NCBI GenBank assembly: GCA_000934665.2
Contig: JYFJ02000533.1
Span: 1-64,000 of the forward strand
DNA from: Catajapyx aquilonaris
Lineage: Eukaryota
Direction of reading: 5' to 3'
Length of the DNA: 64,000 bases
The notes below the pieces were generated by a model. The model saw only the letters and a list, made by a program, of their open reading frames with translations. It searched no databases and was not told the DNA's origin. The translations under genes and the position numbers were made by a program. This document shows, piece by piece, positions 42,001 through 55,600 of the stretch; position 1 is the stretch's first letter; each line of letters starts with the position of its first letter.

Positions 42001-45000
42001 ACCCATACTGTCTTTGGTAAAGAAACTCAATTTCTAGAATGTAGTCACCGCAAGTGGCACTAAAATTGCACATAATTATACTGTTGCAAGTAGAAAGATT
42101 ACCCTTTACTTGCCCATTGACAATGGAATTTATTATCTTGTGGAGTTCTTGAATCAAGCTTTCTTATGATGTACGACATGAATTTCTAATGCAACGGTAT
42201 TCATACAATATTGGTGCCATGCAGGGGGTGGATTCCAAATTTGACTTATGACATTTGATGAATCCACCTCAAGGTGACTAAATTTTTGAAATAGTATGAT
42301 TTCTATTACTTGCCTGAACAATTATTTCCTCTCATGGAGTCTTGTCATTTCTACAGGACGGGTATCTAAATATCGTCACCTGAAGGGCACCGCAGCACAC
42401 AAAAGCCAGCATATTGAGAACATTAAGAATGTGAGCAACACTGTACCAGGAGAATGTGATGTAATTTATGGTGAGTGTTACAGATATTAAGTAGTAAATA
42501 TTTAAAATATTATGTGTTGGTAACAATATAATGCATGTTTGATTTGTGAAGCGTAGACGTATGACCCAGTATTATTATGGTCCGTGAAAACTAATTGAGT
42601 GTGGAATTTTACAAAGCATCCAAATCAGTTCCATCCAATGATGATTATTTGAACTAAGGTGCAGCAGTCGACAGTGATAGTGTTACATGTGCTTATACTA
42701 CAGGGAAAAGTGGCATTTTGAACATGGAGTAACTGCAGATCATTTAAGGCTTGACCTCATGGAAGTATGTGAATTGATCACATTGCAAACATGACTTTTG
42801 CCCCTGTAGTGTAAAGGCAGCTGCTCGGGAAAGTTTGAGGAGCAATTACATGTTTGCGTGGAATTCATCTATAAATTTTTATAATTTCAGGCAATCCTGC
42901 TAGAGTAGCTGTTTCTCTGAGTGGTCCTGGTGGTAAAATTGCGGTGTTTGAGATGAGCAAACCTGGAAAGCTACCTGATGGAGTGACCCCTGCCCTAGTT
43001 CATGGAACCAAGATCATGGACTTTGCATGGGATCCATTTGACACTAGGAGACTTGTAGCAGGTGAGATACCATATCATCTCTTCTTTCCCTGTGTATTTC
43101 CTCTCACATTCTCAAGTGGATGCACTACAAACCGAATCATATCTTGGTAGCATTACAAGTGTCCCTAAGCTGTATTTTGGCTCCTGCAGGATGCGATGAT
43201 GGCAAGATTTGGGTATGGAACATTCCTGCTGAGGGCCTGACAGAACAGACTAATCGACCTGAGTTTATACTAAGTGGCCACACAGAGAAGATCTACATGA
43301 TCAAGTTTCATCCACTGGCCTCTGACATCCTGGCTTCAGCTTCCTATGATCTGAGTGTAAGGGTGTGGGACCTTTCCCAGCGCAGGACTGTCACAGAGGT
43401 CACAGGCCATGGGGACCAGGTTTTCAGCTTGGCCTGGTCACCCTGTGGGAGATTCTTTGCTACTGTTTGCAAAGATGGAAAGATCAGGGTCTTTGAGCCC
43501 AGGAAGAGCAAAGTTGCCATCAGGGAGGGGAAGGGCCCCCAGGGGGTCCGAGGGGCCAGGGTGGTCTGGGCACTGGATGGACAATACATTGTCGTCACTG
43601 GATTTGACAGGTGAGAGGCTAAGGAAGCTCTGAATGTGCTTTGAGTTAGGTATTTTTGACACTAAAGAAAATATTAACTTTATAGTATACTTAACTTGAA
43701 CAAAAGACAGAAAGGAAAGAGAAACTAACATTGAGTGCAAGTTATTTGAATAAGTTTTTTTTCTCCCTGTATCACCCAGGTCATCCGAACGACAGATCCT
43801 GGTGTACAAGTCAGATGACATGTCCTCCCCATTAAACACGACCGGCCTTGATGTGTCCCCTTCAATTCTGGTCCCATTCTACGATGAGGACAGTTCCACC
43901 TTGTTTGTGACAGGCAAGGGGGACACCACCATCTTCTGCTACGAAGTGGCAGATGAATCCCCATACCTATGTCCTCTGAGCCATCATCGAACTTTGGGAC
44001 CACACCAAGGGCTTACCTTCCTGCCCAAGAGTGCCTGTGATGTGCAGAGTGTGGAGTTTGCCAGGGCCCTCAGGCTCACTGAGAATACCATTGAGCCACT
44101 GTCATTCACCGTTCCCAGAATCAAAGCAAGTATCACCAAGGCATATTTGAAAATGTCACCAGAGGGAGGGATAACAGCATTAATAATGTTCTGCACTATC
44201 AAAGTCTTTACTGGCTTTTTCATAGCAATTTATAATCTAGAACAATATCATCTAACAAAATCTAACAATGTAGAAATGGGTATGATATGATTGCGTGCTT
44301 GGATATGGGCCATACTTTCTGGATATTCCTGCTGAAAATTAATGTTTGTGATGATGTGTTGATATTCTGAATGTTCTCACATTTGCATGGGGCCTCCTGT
44401 CACCTTGCTGTCCCTCCCAATGCAGTTTCCTAATGTTTGATATTTTTCTTTGGCAGAGTGAGTATTTCCAAGATGATCTGTTCCCACCAACTAAGGTGAC
44501 TTGGAGTAGCACAATGACTGCTGAGGAGTGGCTCAAGGGTGCCAACAAGCAGGCCAAGAGATTGAATCTCAAGCCAAGCGACATGGAATGCCTATCAGAG
44601 GCTAGTGCGCCAGTACCAAACCAGCATGAAAAAGACAAAAGTGGTCCAACAGCAGGTCAGGTTTCTGGATCAGGGGTCAACCAGCCTCCAGGACTTCTGG
44701 GAGTTGTGGATGAGTCTGCGAAGAAAAAGGCGATACAGGTCAGTTCATAGTTTTTTATTCAGTAAAGAATTATTGGTTGAATGCATAATATGCCTGTCTA
44801 TGGTGTAAAATGTAGTATAATCTTGAACAACTTCGGGAGTATCAAAGGCTTCATACACAAATATTTTGTGATTCTATGTGACCATACTCAAGTATCATGA
44901 AGTGCTTCACACTTTACAGGTTTTGTGGAAAATATATTCTTACATGCATGGCATCCTGTGTGATTCTTTTAACCTCTTGCAGCTGGAAATGGCAATGAGT

Positions 45001-45078
45001 AGCAAGCTGCAGATGAATATGAAGCTGGAGCAAGATGAGATGGAAGGTGTAGAAGAGAGTGAATGGGTGAGTGATTGA
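36029..45078 (+). CDS. CORO7: Coronin-7 / pod1 (tandem coronin WD40 propellers with a long low-complexity linker and acidic EW tail)
   Basis: Exons 36029-36188, 37234-37382, 37455-37641, 38062-38273, 38354-38436, 38495-38750, 39000-39413, 39749-40182, 41718-42016, 42357-42470, 42891-43061, 43190-43610, 43780-44125, 44457-44738 and 44983-45066/45078. Motifs MAWRFKASKYKNA, DFDFSPFDDG, VPRKSYRDFHGDLFPET, VSKYRHLKGT, VPRIKSEYFQDDLFPPT and LEQDEMEGVEESEW. Confidence 0.96.
40626..41472 (-). mobile_element. Degenerate mariner-family transposon relic in a coronin-7 intron
   Basis: Minus-strand remnants of the transposase N-terminus (KFCFKLGESA; RFKDGRI*IEDNDHSGHP) and C-terminus (HHDNN...QFLA...PQPPLLPVLAPCNVFLFLKMKMKLKGRR, matching the YSPDLAPxD motif). 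Decayed TIR-like ends near 40626 and 41472. Confidence 0.85.
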
Positions 45079-46509
45079 CCAGTCAGAGCGTAGATCACAA
45101 AGAGAATCATTCTGTCGATAGCACGAAGGAGAGTTGATGAAATTGGAACGAACAAGGCAATCTGCTTAATGTAAATTTTTTTTTTCCTCCAATCTCCCGG
45201 TGCCAAGCCTAGGTCAATGTAGTAAATCAAGTCTCGTAGTGGCCCACTAGAATACAATCATAATCAAAGTGGGACACTTGGGGTACATTATTATCACCCG
45301 ACATGAAATCACTCTCTTCTTTCTCCTTATTTGAGATGTACACATGTGGAGTGTTATGAGTGTTGCGATTCCGGTGGTAAGAATTAGGTTTTGAGTGGGG
45401 TTATTTATTTTTATAACGTCTTTTGTATTGTGTGGGCCTGGAGAATGTTTGCCTAAGGTGTAGATGTTTTGAGCATAAATGAATTTTTAAAATAAAAGTA
45501 AGGGTACAGGCAGGCCTCCCATTTATACGAGCCCAACATCCAGCTTCTACAGGTTGTTCTTTCAAATCAGGTTGGGACCAAAACTTTTATTTTCACTTTT
45601 CCATATAAATGCTCACAATCTTCCTAAAAATTGTATCAATATAATGTAATATTCCAACCTTAAAGGCTGATAGTAGTGTGTTTCTCTTTTGCGATGTTAT
45701 ACATTTCCAGTTCTTTGTTCATTATTTATTTCCTTCTTGCGTCACCATAGTGACCATATCCTATTTTTTTTTGCCAGTACACTGCTCAGGCCTTGTAAGT
45801 TTCATATGCATTTGTATGTATTTGTTGATGTGTAGTCCATAATGTAGTTAGGTGCAAAATATTTTTTTGTACATATGTGCCAGTATATTCCATGCAAAAA
45901 AAGAAACATGATTAGAATATCATTTATGTAGCCAGTGTGAAGTTTTTTGTCATCTCGACTGCTTAGGAAGAACCCTTGACTGGTAAATTTTCTAGCATTT
46001 TGGATAATCATTCGAATACTCATTAATGATCATACATAATGTTTCTGTCGGAGGGGCGAGTCTGACAATAAGTGATGAATCTGGCAAAACTGGGTGACAC
46101 AAAGTATTTTCGTAAGATGGCTAAAATAACCAAAGTTATGTGCAACAATCCCAAAATAAAAACGGTGACCTCATTGCATTAACTGACTGATAAATGTGTG
46201 TATGCTTTCCATGTGTCAGCAAGTGAGACTTGAGAAGTGAAATATTTGCCTTCCATTTATTTGTCACTGGGAGTGTCACCAAATTTTGAGTCAGATGTTA
46301 ACCAGATCACTTGGTGTTTGTGTCATTCTGTGGCCAGAAACAGTGTGATTTGTGGAAACTGATGTGTATTTTTTCCTTGAGAAATATCCAACTTTTGGCT
46401 CAGTGTTATGTAATTACATGTACAAGTAAAAATAAAAGAAGCAAAAGAATATTATGACATCAATGATATCCCAAATCAAGTTCCCTCTCCTTTCCTTCTA
46501 TCCCACCAG

Positions 46510-49179
46510 ATAATCAAAAACCCACCTTTCCTTGACACCAATGAGTTGTGCTACATGGAGTCCAAGTCACAAATAATTCCCAGTAGATTTAGCAGTTCAT
46601 CTGGAGCCTTTGAGGTGGACAATCCGGAAGAGGTAAGCCAGTGTCATTTTCTAATCAGAAGTGTTTAGTAACACTTTGGATGTCCTTTTAGGATGTGATA
46701 ATGTTCTGGATACCAGAACCTAATATGGCCATGGTGGAGTCATTGTACCATACAATGAAGGTAGCCAAAACAACAGCGACGAACCTCAAGGAACACCTAT
46801 ACTTTCAAGCATATTACACCTTGGCAACACAGGTGAGGCTGGCTGCCCTTTCTGTTCGTGACACAGTTTTGGTACCTTGTCATTATAGGCTAAGCTTCAG
46901 GTTTCTGAAGCAAACCATGAATGCAGCTAATTATTATGGGTACTTTGCTGATTTGTACTACCTGCAATTGAAAATGCCTCTGTTCAGCATTTGAGAGGGT
47001 GCAATTAATACATTCACAAACTTCCAACATTCATTTTCTTTCATTAATATGATAGCGGCTTTCTATCAGGACACTTACACACCATTGATGTGAATTGCAT
47101 ACCTGCACTACTTTACGCCACTTGTGTTTTAAAAAAATCTCTTACATGCCTCTTTCCACCTTCAGCTGGCCTTGGGTATATATCGTTCTGCAATGATATG
47201 GCGAAAGACCACTGCATTCCAACAACTCTTGAGGAACAAGCTGAGAGTGATAGAGCCCATCTTTACTTGGGCCTCCTGCTTTGGTCCCTTCTATCAAGAT
47301 GGCGTTCGCTATGAGCCATATTGCTTAGAAGAGGAGTCCATTGCTTACACCTTGATGGCTGCCTCATACCATGGTCAGAGTCCTAGTTGAACAAGTACAG
47401 GAGACGAGCTTGCATAATATTGCCCTGGTATTGTAGCATTTTGTGACATTGCATGCATGTGTTTCAGGTGATGTTGTAAATACTAGTAAGAGCAAAGGTC
47501 TGAGACAGGCTGTGGGAAGGAGATGCTTTACTCTAGTCCTGGACAGTCTGCAGCAACCCATCCTACGATTCAGAGTGAAACCAATGACGTTCAAGTGGTT
47601 CAAAGAGAGGTACCAGGACATCTCAGAGAAGCTGGGCTTTGAACTGCCTTCCCCAAAGAACTACTATTCATATGAGTCTTACCACAGGGTTGGTATAAAG
47701 TCACCACAGAACTAACAGCATTATCAGTATCATCAAGGTATCATTCTCTCCTTGCTTCTGCAGGCACACCCGAAGGTATTCCATCCGTACTTGCACAATA
47801 GCCAGTCCTTACGCAAACATCTAGAAGAAGCTTACCCCACATGCCCAGCTCTTGAGTGGCTAAGGGTCCACTTGGCCTGTGAGGAAGAGGAGACCATTGA
47901 CTGGTACACCATGATCACCTGGCTGTATTCTCAAGCTGTGGATATAATGGACGAGAGAGTGGGTCGTGGAATGTTCCACACCATGTCAATATGGAAGCTG
48001 CCAGGAGAAGGAGAGGGAGGACAGGTGGCAAACGTCAGCTGGGAGAGAGGGACAGTCAAATTCCTGTGGGAGGCCACCAAGTGGCAGGTGTCCACTGCTT
48101 TCCTAATTGGTGGGAAGGGTGGGGGACTGGAGAAGGCAGCAAAGGGGAATGGTGAAGGTAAACCTGGAAAAATTAGGCATGTGACCTTATTTGGACCAAC
48201 CACTGTAACGGATAGAATCAAGCAATGGATCGATTTTCTTGTCATAAATGAGCAGCAGGATGGTGGCAGTGAATATGGTGATGGTAATACTGCAGATCCT
48301 TGTGTAAAAGAACTCACCACAAAAAGCACCTATTCTCTCATTTGTGACTCAGAGGTAAGCAACAGTTGCACTGAGCCTTTTCCAGCTGGCATGTTGGATG
48401 AAAAAAATAATGTGCAAGGCACTTCTAAAATGAACGCGGAAGGTACTGCTAATCATGTCAGGCATGGTTTAGAACAGGCTGATAACTACGCAGATACCCA
48501 AATGGTGTGGATTAGAGCTCCTTGGGACCCAGTAAGGCTAGACAACAGCTGCAGTTCAGAGCTCAACAACGTCCCCACAAGTGAGGTCCAAATTCAAGAT
48601 ATAAACTGTAACATCACCAAACGCAGAAAACAAGCCGAACCTTCCTTTGAACATGCATGTGATACTGAAAGCATCCATAGTATTGAAAAGTATGATAGAA
48701 ATGATGACTCTAAATTGGATGCCAATGACAGCATATTTGATTGGATAGAAGATGTTGACGCTTCATATTTGGATGATATAAATAATGGTTCAACTTCTGC
48801 AGTTGATAGTGATTACAGCATTATGGAGCGCATGAGTTATGATGATGCTAGTATGGAACATGCTGTTTATGGTGACAGTGTGCATGATAGTTATGATGAT
48901 GCCAATGCACGATATGCTAGCAGTGAAACATGCCCTCCTCATTCAACAGCAGACAATACTGAAGACAGTGCCAGGAACCAAAATGTCAATAAGCCAATCA
49001 AATGCAAAGGTTGTCTAAGCTGTAATGTTGCAATGTCAGCAAAAAATAGGACCATCTCTCCTGGCAAAAAAGCAAATTTGAACACCCCAAACCCTGCCGA
49101 TTGTCTGAGCAACTGCTTACTTTATATTGAGGATGATAGTGACAATGACTTCAATGTTTACATTGGACATAAGAAGTAG
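46510..49179 (+). CDS. Orphan multi-exon protein (~690 aa): globular N-terminal ~370 aa and acidic/low-complexity C-terminal tail
   Basis: Phase-consistent GT-AG exons 46510-46632 (first in-frame ATG at 46555), 46692-46832, 47166-47373, 47468-47688 and 47764-49179, open throughout. The true 5' end and the family are unresolved. Confidence 0.8.
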
Positions 49180-49643
49180 AAGACGTATGGTGTGACAGTG
49201 ATGAGAACCCTTGTTCCTACAAGTGATGATGAATTAAACAGTATCAGCAGGTGCGGAAATTAAAATTATCTCATGAAAATCAGGATCACAAATTATATGA
49301 AATTGAAGCGGAGCATGGACGACCAAGTGATTAAATTTATTGCAGAAATTAATTGTTTAACAAATTGCATAGTCAAATTTTTTGAATGCTTCTTAAAATG
49401 TCATGTCAACAGTTTTACCAATAAACTACTGCCCATATTGGATGGTATTATTTTGAACACTTTGGGTGCCCTTTTAGGATGAGTAGCAGCTACGACACAC
49501 GCGATCGCACTTTGGCCTCAGAGATTAGCTACAATAAGCAATCGCTGTTATTTTTCCCAAACGAGCCGCTGTGCTTCGTGCGGCCCCCGGTCATCTGGGC
49601 GCCATATTTTTCCTCCTGGAGAGCAAGGCAAGGCAAGGCAGGA

Positions 49644-52600
49644 ATGGCGGCCGTGAGTGGGACGACGAGGAGCGGTGCGGCTGCTGTGGCCGCCCGGTGG
49701 TGCCCGGCCCTCCTCCTCAGGCCCTTAGGAGGCACGCAGAGGGCGGGACGGCTCCTGGCCAGCTGCACCAGGGCGCACTGCACGGGGAGGTTTCTGCTGG
49801 GGGCTGGAAGGACGCAGCAGCAGCATAAGGGTAGGTTGCGTGCCCCAAAAGTAATGAGGGACTCACATGTGCACATTACTGCGCTCTATTCACATGTAAT
49901 GACACGTTGCTCGCAATTTGCAGAGTTGACAATACCAGCCGGATCTAGAAAGTTCCATACCACAAACGCTGCGCTAGCGTCGAAAGATTACTATGACATT
50001 CTAGGGGTAGCGAGAAACGCATCGCCGAAAGATGTGAAGAAGGCCTACTATCAGCTGGCCAAGAAGTATCATCCGGACAGCAACAAGAATGATCCAAATT
50101 CGGCCAAGAAATTCCAGGAAGTGTCGGAAGCATATGAGGTGAGCCTAGTTGTGTGCGATTAGTGTTGCAACACTAAATAATTTTTATGTCTTACGAAGGT
50201 GCTGAGTGATGAAACGAAGCGGAGAGAATACGATAGGTACGGGAAGACCACAGAGCAGATGGGAATGGGAGGAGGACAGGGCTTCCATCAGGGAGCATGG
50301 AATTTCCAGTCGCAAGTGGACCCCGAGGAATTGTTCAGAAGAATATTTGGCAGCGCCAATTTCAGAGGGGCCACTGGTTTTCCTGGTTTTGAAAATTTTG
50401 CAGAGTCAGCCTTTGGATTTGGATCGGCGCAAGAGGTATGGACAAAATTTAAAAATTGCTGTTGTTGTTATAACCTGGTCATATCCTAAATGTTAAAGGA
50501 TGTGCATTAAGTGCATTCAACTAAAATGTAGCTCTGGGGTCGCTTTACTCACCAGGTTGTGATGAACCTGACCTTCACGCAAGCAGCCCGTGGTGTGAAC
50601 AAGGACGTTCATGTGAACATTCAGGACACATGTCCAAAGTGCCAAGGGTCTCGGTCTGAGCCAGGCACAAAAGCAATACGATGCAAGTACTGCAATGGCT
50701 CTGGGATGGAGTCCATGAGGCAGGGCCACATATTTATGACCAGCACATGCAGATATTGTCATGGAACAGGGATGCTCATCAAGTTCCCCTGCATTGAGTG
50801 CGAGGGAAAAGGGGAGACGATACAGAGGAAGAAAATCACAGTTCCTGTCCCGGCTGGTGAGTTTCTAGATTATTATGTAGGTGATCAGCCCTGATAGTGC
50901 ACACTTGTTAGTTTGAATTAGACGTAACATTTCACCTCTTGTATATGGAGTTCATCAGAGAAGTAATGGTGGCTGAAATATGAAAACAGAAAACTTGCGC
51001 ACCATTATAATGAAAATTTTAACCACAAATTTTTGCTGCTTTAGGTGTGGAGGATGGACAAACTGTGCGAATGTCTGTTGGAAAGAAGGAGATATTCATC
51101 ACATTTCGAGTTGAATCTTCTGATTACTTTGAAAGAAAAGGACAAGATGTACACACCAATGCCCACATATCGCTGTCACAGGCCATTCTTGGAGGGGAGA
51201 TTCGAGTGCAAGGAATTTATGAAGACCACACCCTGCAGGTATTACTGTGCTGATAAATTGAGACCAAATTTTTATTTTTATATGTGCTAAGTGCTGGTGG
51301 ATGACAGGTTTCAGTGTCTTTTTAAGTGCCTTCAGCAATAAAAATTCACTTTGTACCTGGCATCAGATAAACTGGCCGAAAATGGGTTCACAAGCTCGCT
51401 AGAATGTGGTCTTGGGTGATAATTATGGTCTGCGAAAATGGGAAGTTCTAATTGAGGTGTACGAATTTTTTACCCCAGAACAGAAATCCCCTTGCAACAA
51501 TAGTAATCGCAAGCTTGCAAACACACCTTTCAGGCAGTGTTTTGTAAATCCTGATTGGGCCTGAAAATCAGAATAAAATTACTGATTTCAAATCTGTGGT
51601 CACCTACACTAAGAACATAACGTTAAATTTCCAGTCAGAGTCAAAAAATAAAGCAAAAAATCACTGAAAACACACTCGCTTAATGCAAGTGATGCTGTCA
51701 CAGCGAGAGCGAGACAACTTGGGCCCAAAAACCTAGGGGATTTATGCAGCAAGGGAATTTGTTTCATTAATCATGAACTTAGACGCACTCTTTGAACTGC
51801 AGATTGAATTTCTCTGGAATTTTGCTTTCAAACTGGAACATTCGAACTTAGAGGCGTTCGAAGTACGCGGTTCCACCGTATTTGTTTGTGTGTTATCAAA
51901 TTACAAAAATTGACCACACATTTGGAATCAGTGATTTTTTTTTCATTCTGGTTTGTGAGGTCCAACTTGCCCAAATACCAAACCATGCCGGTAATACGTA
52001 AATAGGATGTGTTTGCCGAATGTTTTGTCACCAAACTATTTGAGATTGTGTTTGGAGATGCATAATCAAGAGTTTTTGTTTCTTGTCATCCATCGCATAG
52101 TTTTCTAAAATGATAGCTGCATGATGAAAGGATTTCTCATGCATTCTTTGTCAAAAGATTACTGTATTTGTTGAACTGTGATCATAATTACTTTGTGTTA
52201 GTAAGAAATTGTGTAAATAAATTTAACTGAAATAACTTGAGATGTGGGTTTATGATGTGCATTTAAATATCAATGGGGTAGCATTTCCAGAAATTTATGA
52301 GTATTTTAATAATTGGTTGCAAGCATAAAAGAACACTCGATTTTTAAAACTTGAACTGATAAAATGCTGTAGTATGTTTGACATCAGTATCAACTGACTT
52401 GGACTTGATTAAACACCTTCTTTATTCTGATTATTGTCTTACCAGATACCACCAGGAACTTCATCACACACCCGCTTCAGGCTGAATGGAAAGGGCCTCA
52501 AGAATGTGAATAATTATGGCTATGGGGATCACTACGTGCATATAAAGATCAAGGTGCCCACAAAGCTGTCTGAGAAGCAGAAAGCCCTGATCCAGGCTTT

Positions 52601-55600
52601 TGCAGAGATAGAGGAAGATACACCTGGAACCATCACAGGAATCATCTTTACCAAGGACGGTGAGTGAGTATCAGTGGTGGTGTTTTAGTTTCTTCATCTG
52701 TCTGTCTGTTCCTGTGTCTTTTGTTTCTGCAAGGTCTGAGTGATCAAGTACAGGATAGAACATTTGCTGGGCTGCCGGTCTGATCAGATTTTCATGTTAA
52801 TAATTGCTATATACCGAGACTCGTGCTTTTTTAAATTAATTCAAGTTTGGAAGTCAGTGCCTGGGGTGAAAGTAACTCAAAGGAAAGTACATTTATTCCA
52901 ATAATAGAAGCGACAGGAACTTTGACAGGGAATACCTTCGATATAGTAATGTAATTTGGCATGATAGAATTTCCAGAGTTGTGCACACAGAGAACTAAAT
53001 TGCCTTATGAACCTCTTTTCCTAATTCATTAACAAGTTATGATGGGGTCTGCTGATTAATTGGCGGGAGTACAGAATTTCCTAATCCAAGTGAACTGGTT
53101 AACAAAGCAGGCCATGCAAGTGCAGGGAGGAAATGTGGAAATTGTAGTTCAGGAAACTGGTGAGGCAGAGCAGATCAGTCTGTGCGTGGCAGTCAATAAC
53201 CTGGCAAGGTTTGTGAAGTCATTAGATTGCTATACCTGAACTTGAAGGTTAAAAAGAACCTCGGTTCGAGAGGAAGTGTCCACCTTTACATCCACCTGGT
53301 GCAAGTGTCGGGCAATGTATTGATTGTCATAACAAAAGGAACTTATGGATAAAGCAGGTTCTTCAAACAAAATTAGACTGCTTGATGTTATCAGCATGAC
53401 AATAGGAATCCTTTGTTGGGATGCCTTAGCCTCAATGCAGCTTGGTTCACTGGTGGGCTCCACCTGATTGAATAAATCATTTCATCAAGGATACCACTTC
53501 GGTGTGGTTTTTGGAACATAGGTGCCTGACATATTTTTTTATGTCGTTTCCTTTAGTATTAATGCCAGTTTCATGACAGGTGATCCAATATTATGCTCTT
53601 CAAGGACTAGGCAAGAACTATTGGCAAGAATTTTGTACAGGGAAACCAAAAGCATATTTCCAGTTCGTGACACACAATCATGATATTTATGCCAGTCGGT
53701 AATGTTTTTATTTGTGATGATGTCTTTGACTTATGCTAAGCATACATGCACATTTGCTGTGTGGAAAAGATGGTGCTTCAAAATGTAGAATACTTTGTGA
53801 GGCAGTGAAGCAAGAGCTGGCAGAGCTTGATACATTTTAAAAAGATGAAGCATTCATCAACCTTGTAAATTTGTACAGAATCTGATGTGCCTTGAGTAAA
53901 ATATGCATTTTTCCAGCTATCAAGCAGGGTACTCTGTTTTATGCGTGTTGTAAATAAATAATCCAGCAGTTGTTAAGATTGTTGACTTAATTTTATATTA
54001 TTAAATATCAGGATTTTATTTACTTACCTTGAACTATTACACTAGTTACTCATGTGAGTTTTTAGTTGGATGCAAAATTTTAATCCCCCAACTTTGCCAG
54101 GCCTGTGGTTTCCTAATGCGTAGAGGATACCAATACTGTTTGAGGCTATTGACTCAATGTGCAATCACTTACCAAGTATACAGTGTGTCACTAAAATAAC
54201 CTTGTTAGGTTTGATGTTGGCATTCTAACAAGTGCCAAGTTAGGGGAGGTGTTTGCCTTATAAGTAGATTGGTATGTGCACATCAGCCTTGAATCTTCCC
54301 TGGTGGGACGCAGCACTGCACAGCACACAGCAACATTACATACTATTGTCTAGGTCAGGCAGCCATACATAAGCAAAGGATTTGCAAAGGTTGCCCTTCA
54401 TACAGTGTGCATCCTGCCTCCACCCTTGAAGCACACCTGTCCTACTTGAACCATATTTAACTTGCATATGCAGGAAATTTGACGTGAACACATTTTAAAC
54501 TTCTGAAGGACTGAATAGATTTGGGCGTGGGATGCATATACTGACAAAGAGCATAGACCAGTGTTTCACCAGCTTCCTCTTTCCCTGCAAAATATTAATG
54601 ATTTTGAACAAAGGTAAAACGAAATTTTTGTGTTACCAATTATTATCAACAGTTTTTATTCAAAAAGCTAATTCTGGAAAACATTATTTTATCTTATGGC
54701 ATGTATGTTAAGTATTTTAGAAGTGTCCTGATGTAGCCACACAAGTGCAGGTTGCTTGTGGGGATAAGTTGTCATGGCCATTGGGAAAGTATTAGGCCAC
54801 ATTAATTCTACTTTGGTGACATATTTGTTGCCTTTTTCTAAAATGCAATGGTAAAAATATATTTCCAATGCACCGAAATTTTGTACAATTTGATATGATT
54901 GGAAATAGCCGTAATACTCTGCTTAGACATGTACAGTATCTTATGCTCACTTGTTTAGTAATATATTATAACATTGGTGACGTAAGTCAGATCTTTTAAA
55001 AACCTCTTTATATACCTGGCATGTACTTATGCAAGGGCAACTTAGAGGAATTCTAAAAAATTTCTAAAAACAGGTACTGGGACCACAGACCTTATTCTTG
55101 CTGAAATTGACTTGGAACATAAGCTGAAATGCATTTAAATTTTAAGTCATGCTTCAAATCTAAGTACTGGCATGCGCCTTGGAATCAGGCTGCAGAAAGG
55201 GCAAAATGCTTAAGGTGACAATCTTAGGCCACTAATTGAGGAGGAGGCCGCCAAAAGTGGCTAACATCAATTTTTGTTGTTTTGAGTTAGCATCACCATT
55301 AAAATATACATGTAAAGGCGCACCTAATGGGCCAAAGAGCCAGATCGAAATGATTTTTTGGGGAGCCATAACAAGAGGATGAAATCTGAAAATCCCATTT
55401 ACAGCCATACAAATTGAATCTACAAAATTTACATTTTCTTGGAATAGGGTTCGGCAAAGATAGCCACTTTTGACTCAATTATGAATTTAGAACCTTGTGC
55501 ACATTTAATTAACTAATGTTTTTTCCTGCAATATGGCAATTTTATTAGGTCGTCAAATACAGTATATTTCAGAGCAAGCCTAATAAGGGTTCAGGAGAAG

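Noticed and set aside
49479..49643. In-frame upstream ATG extending Tid1 by 55 aa
   Set aside because: It would mask the mitochondrial presequence starting MAAVS at 49644 and lies in probable promoter/UTR sequence; nothing supports its use.
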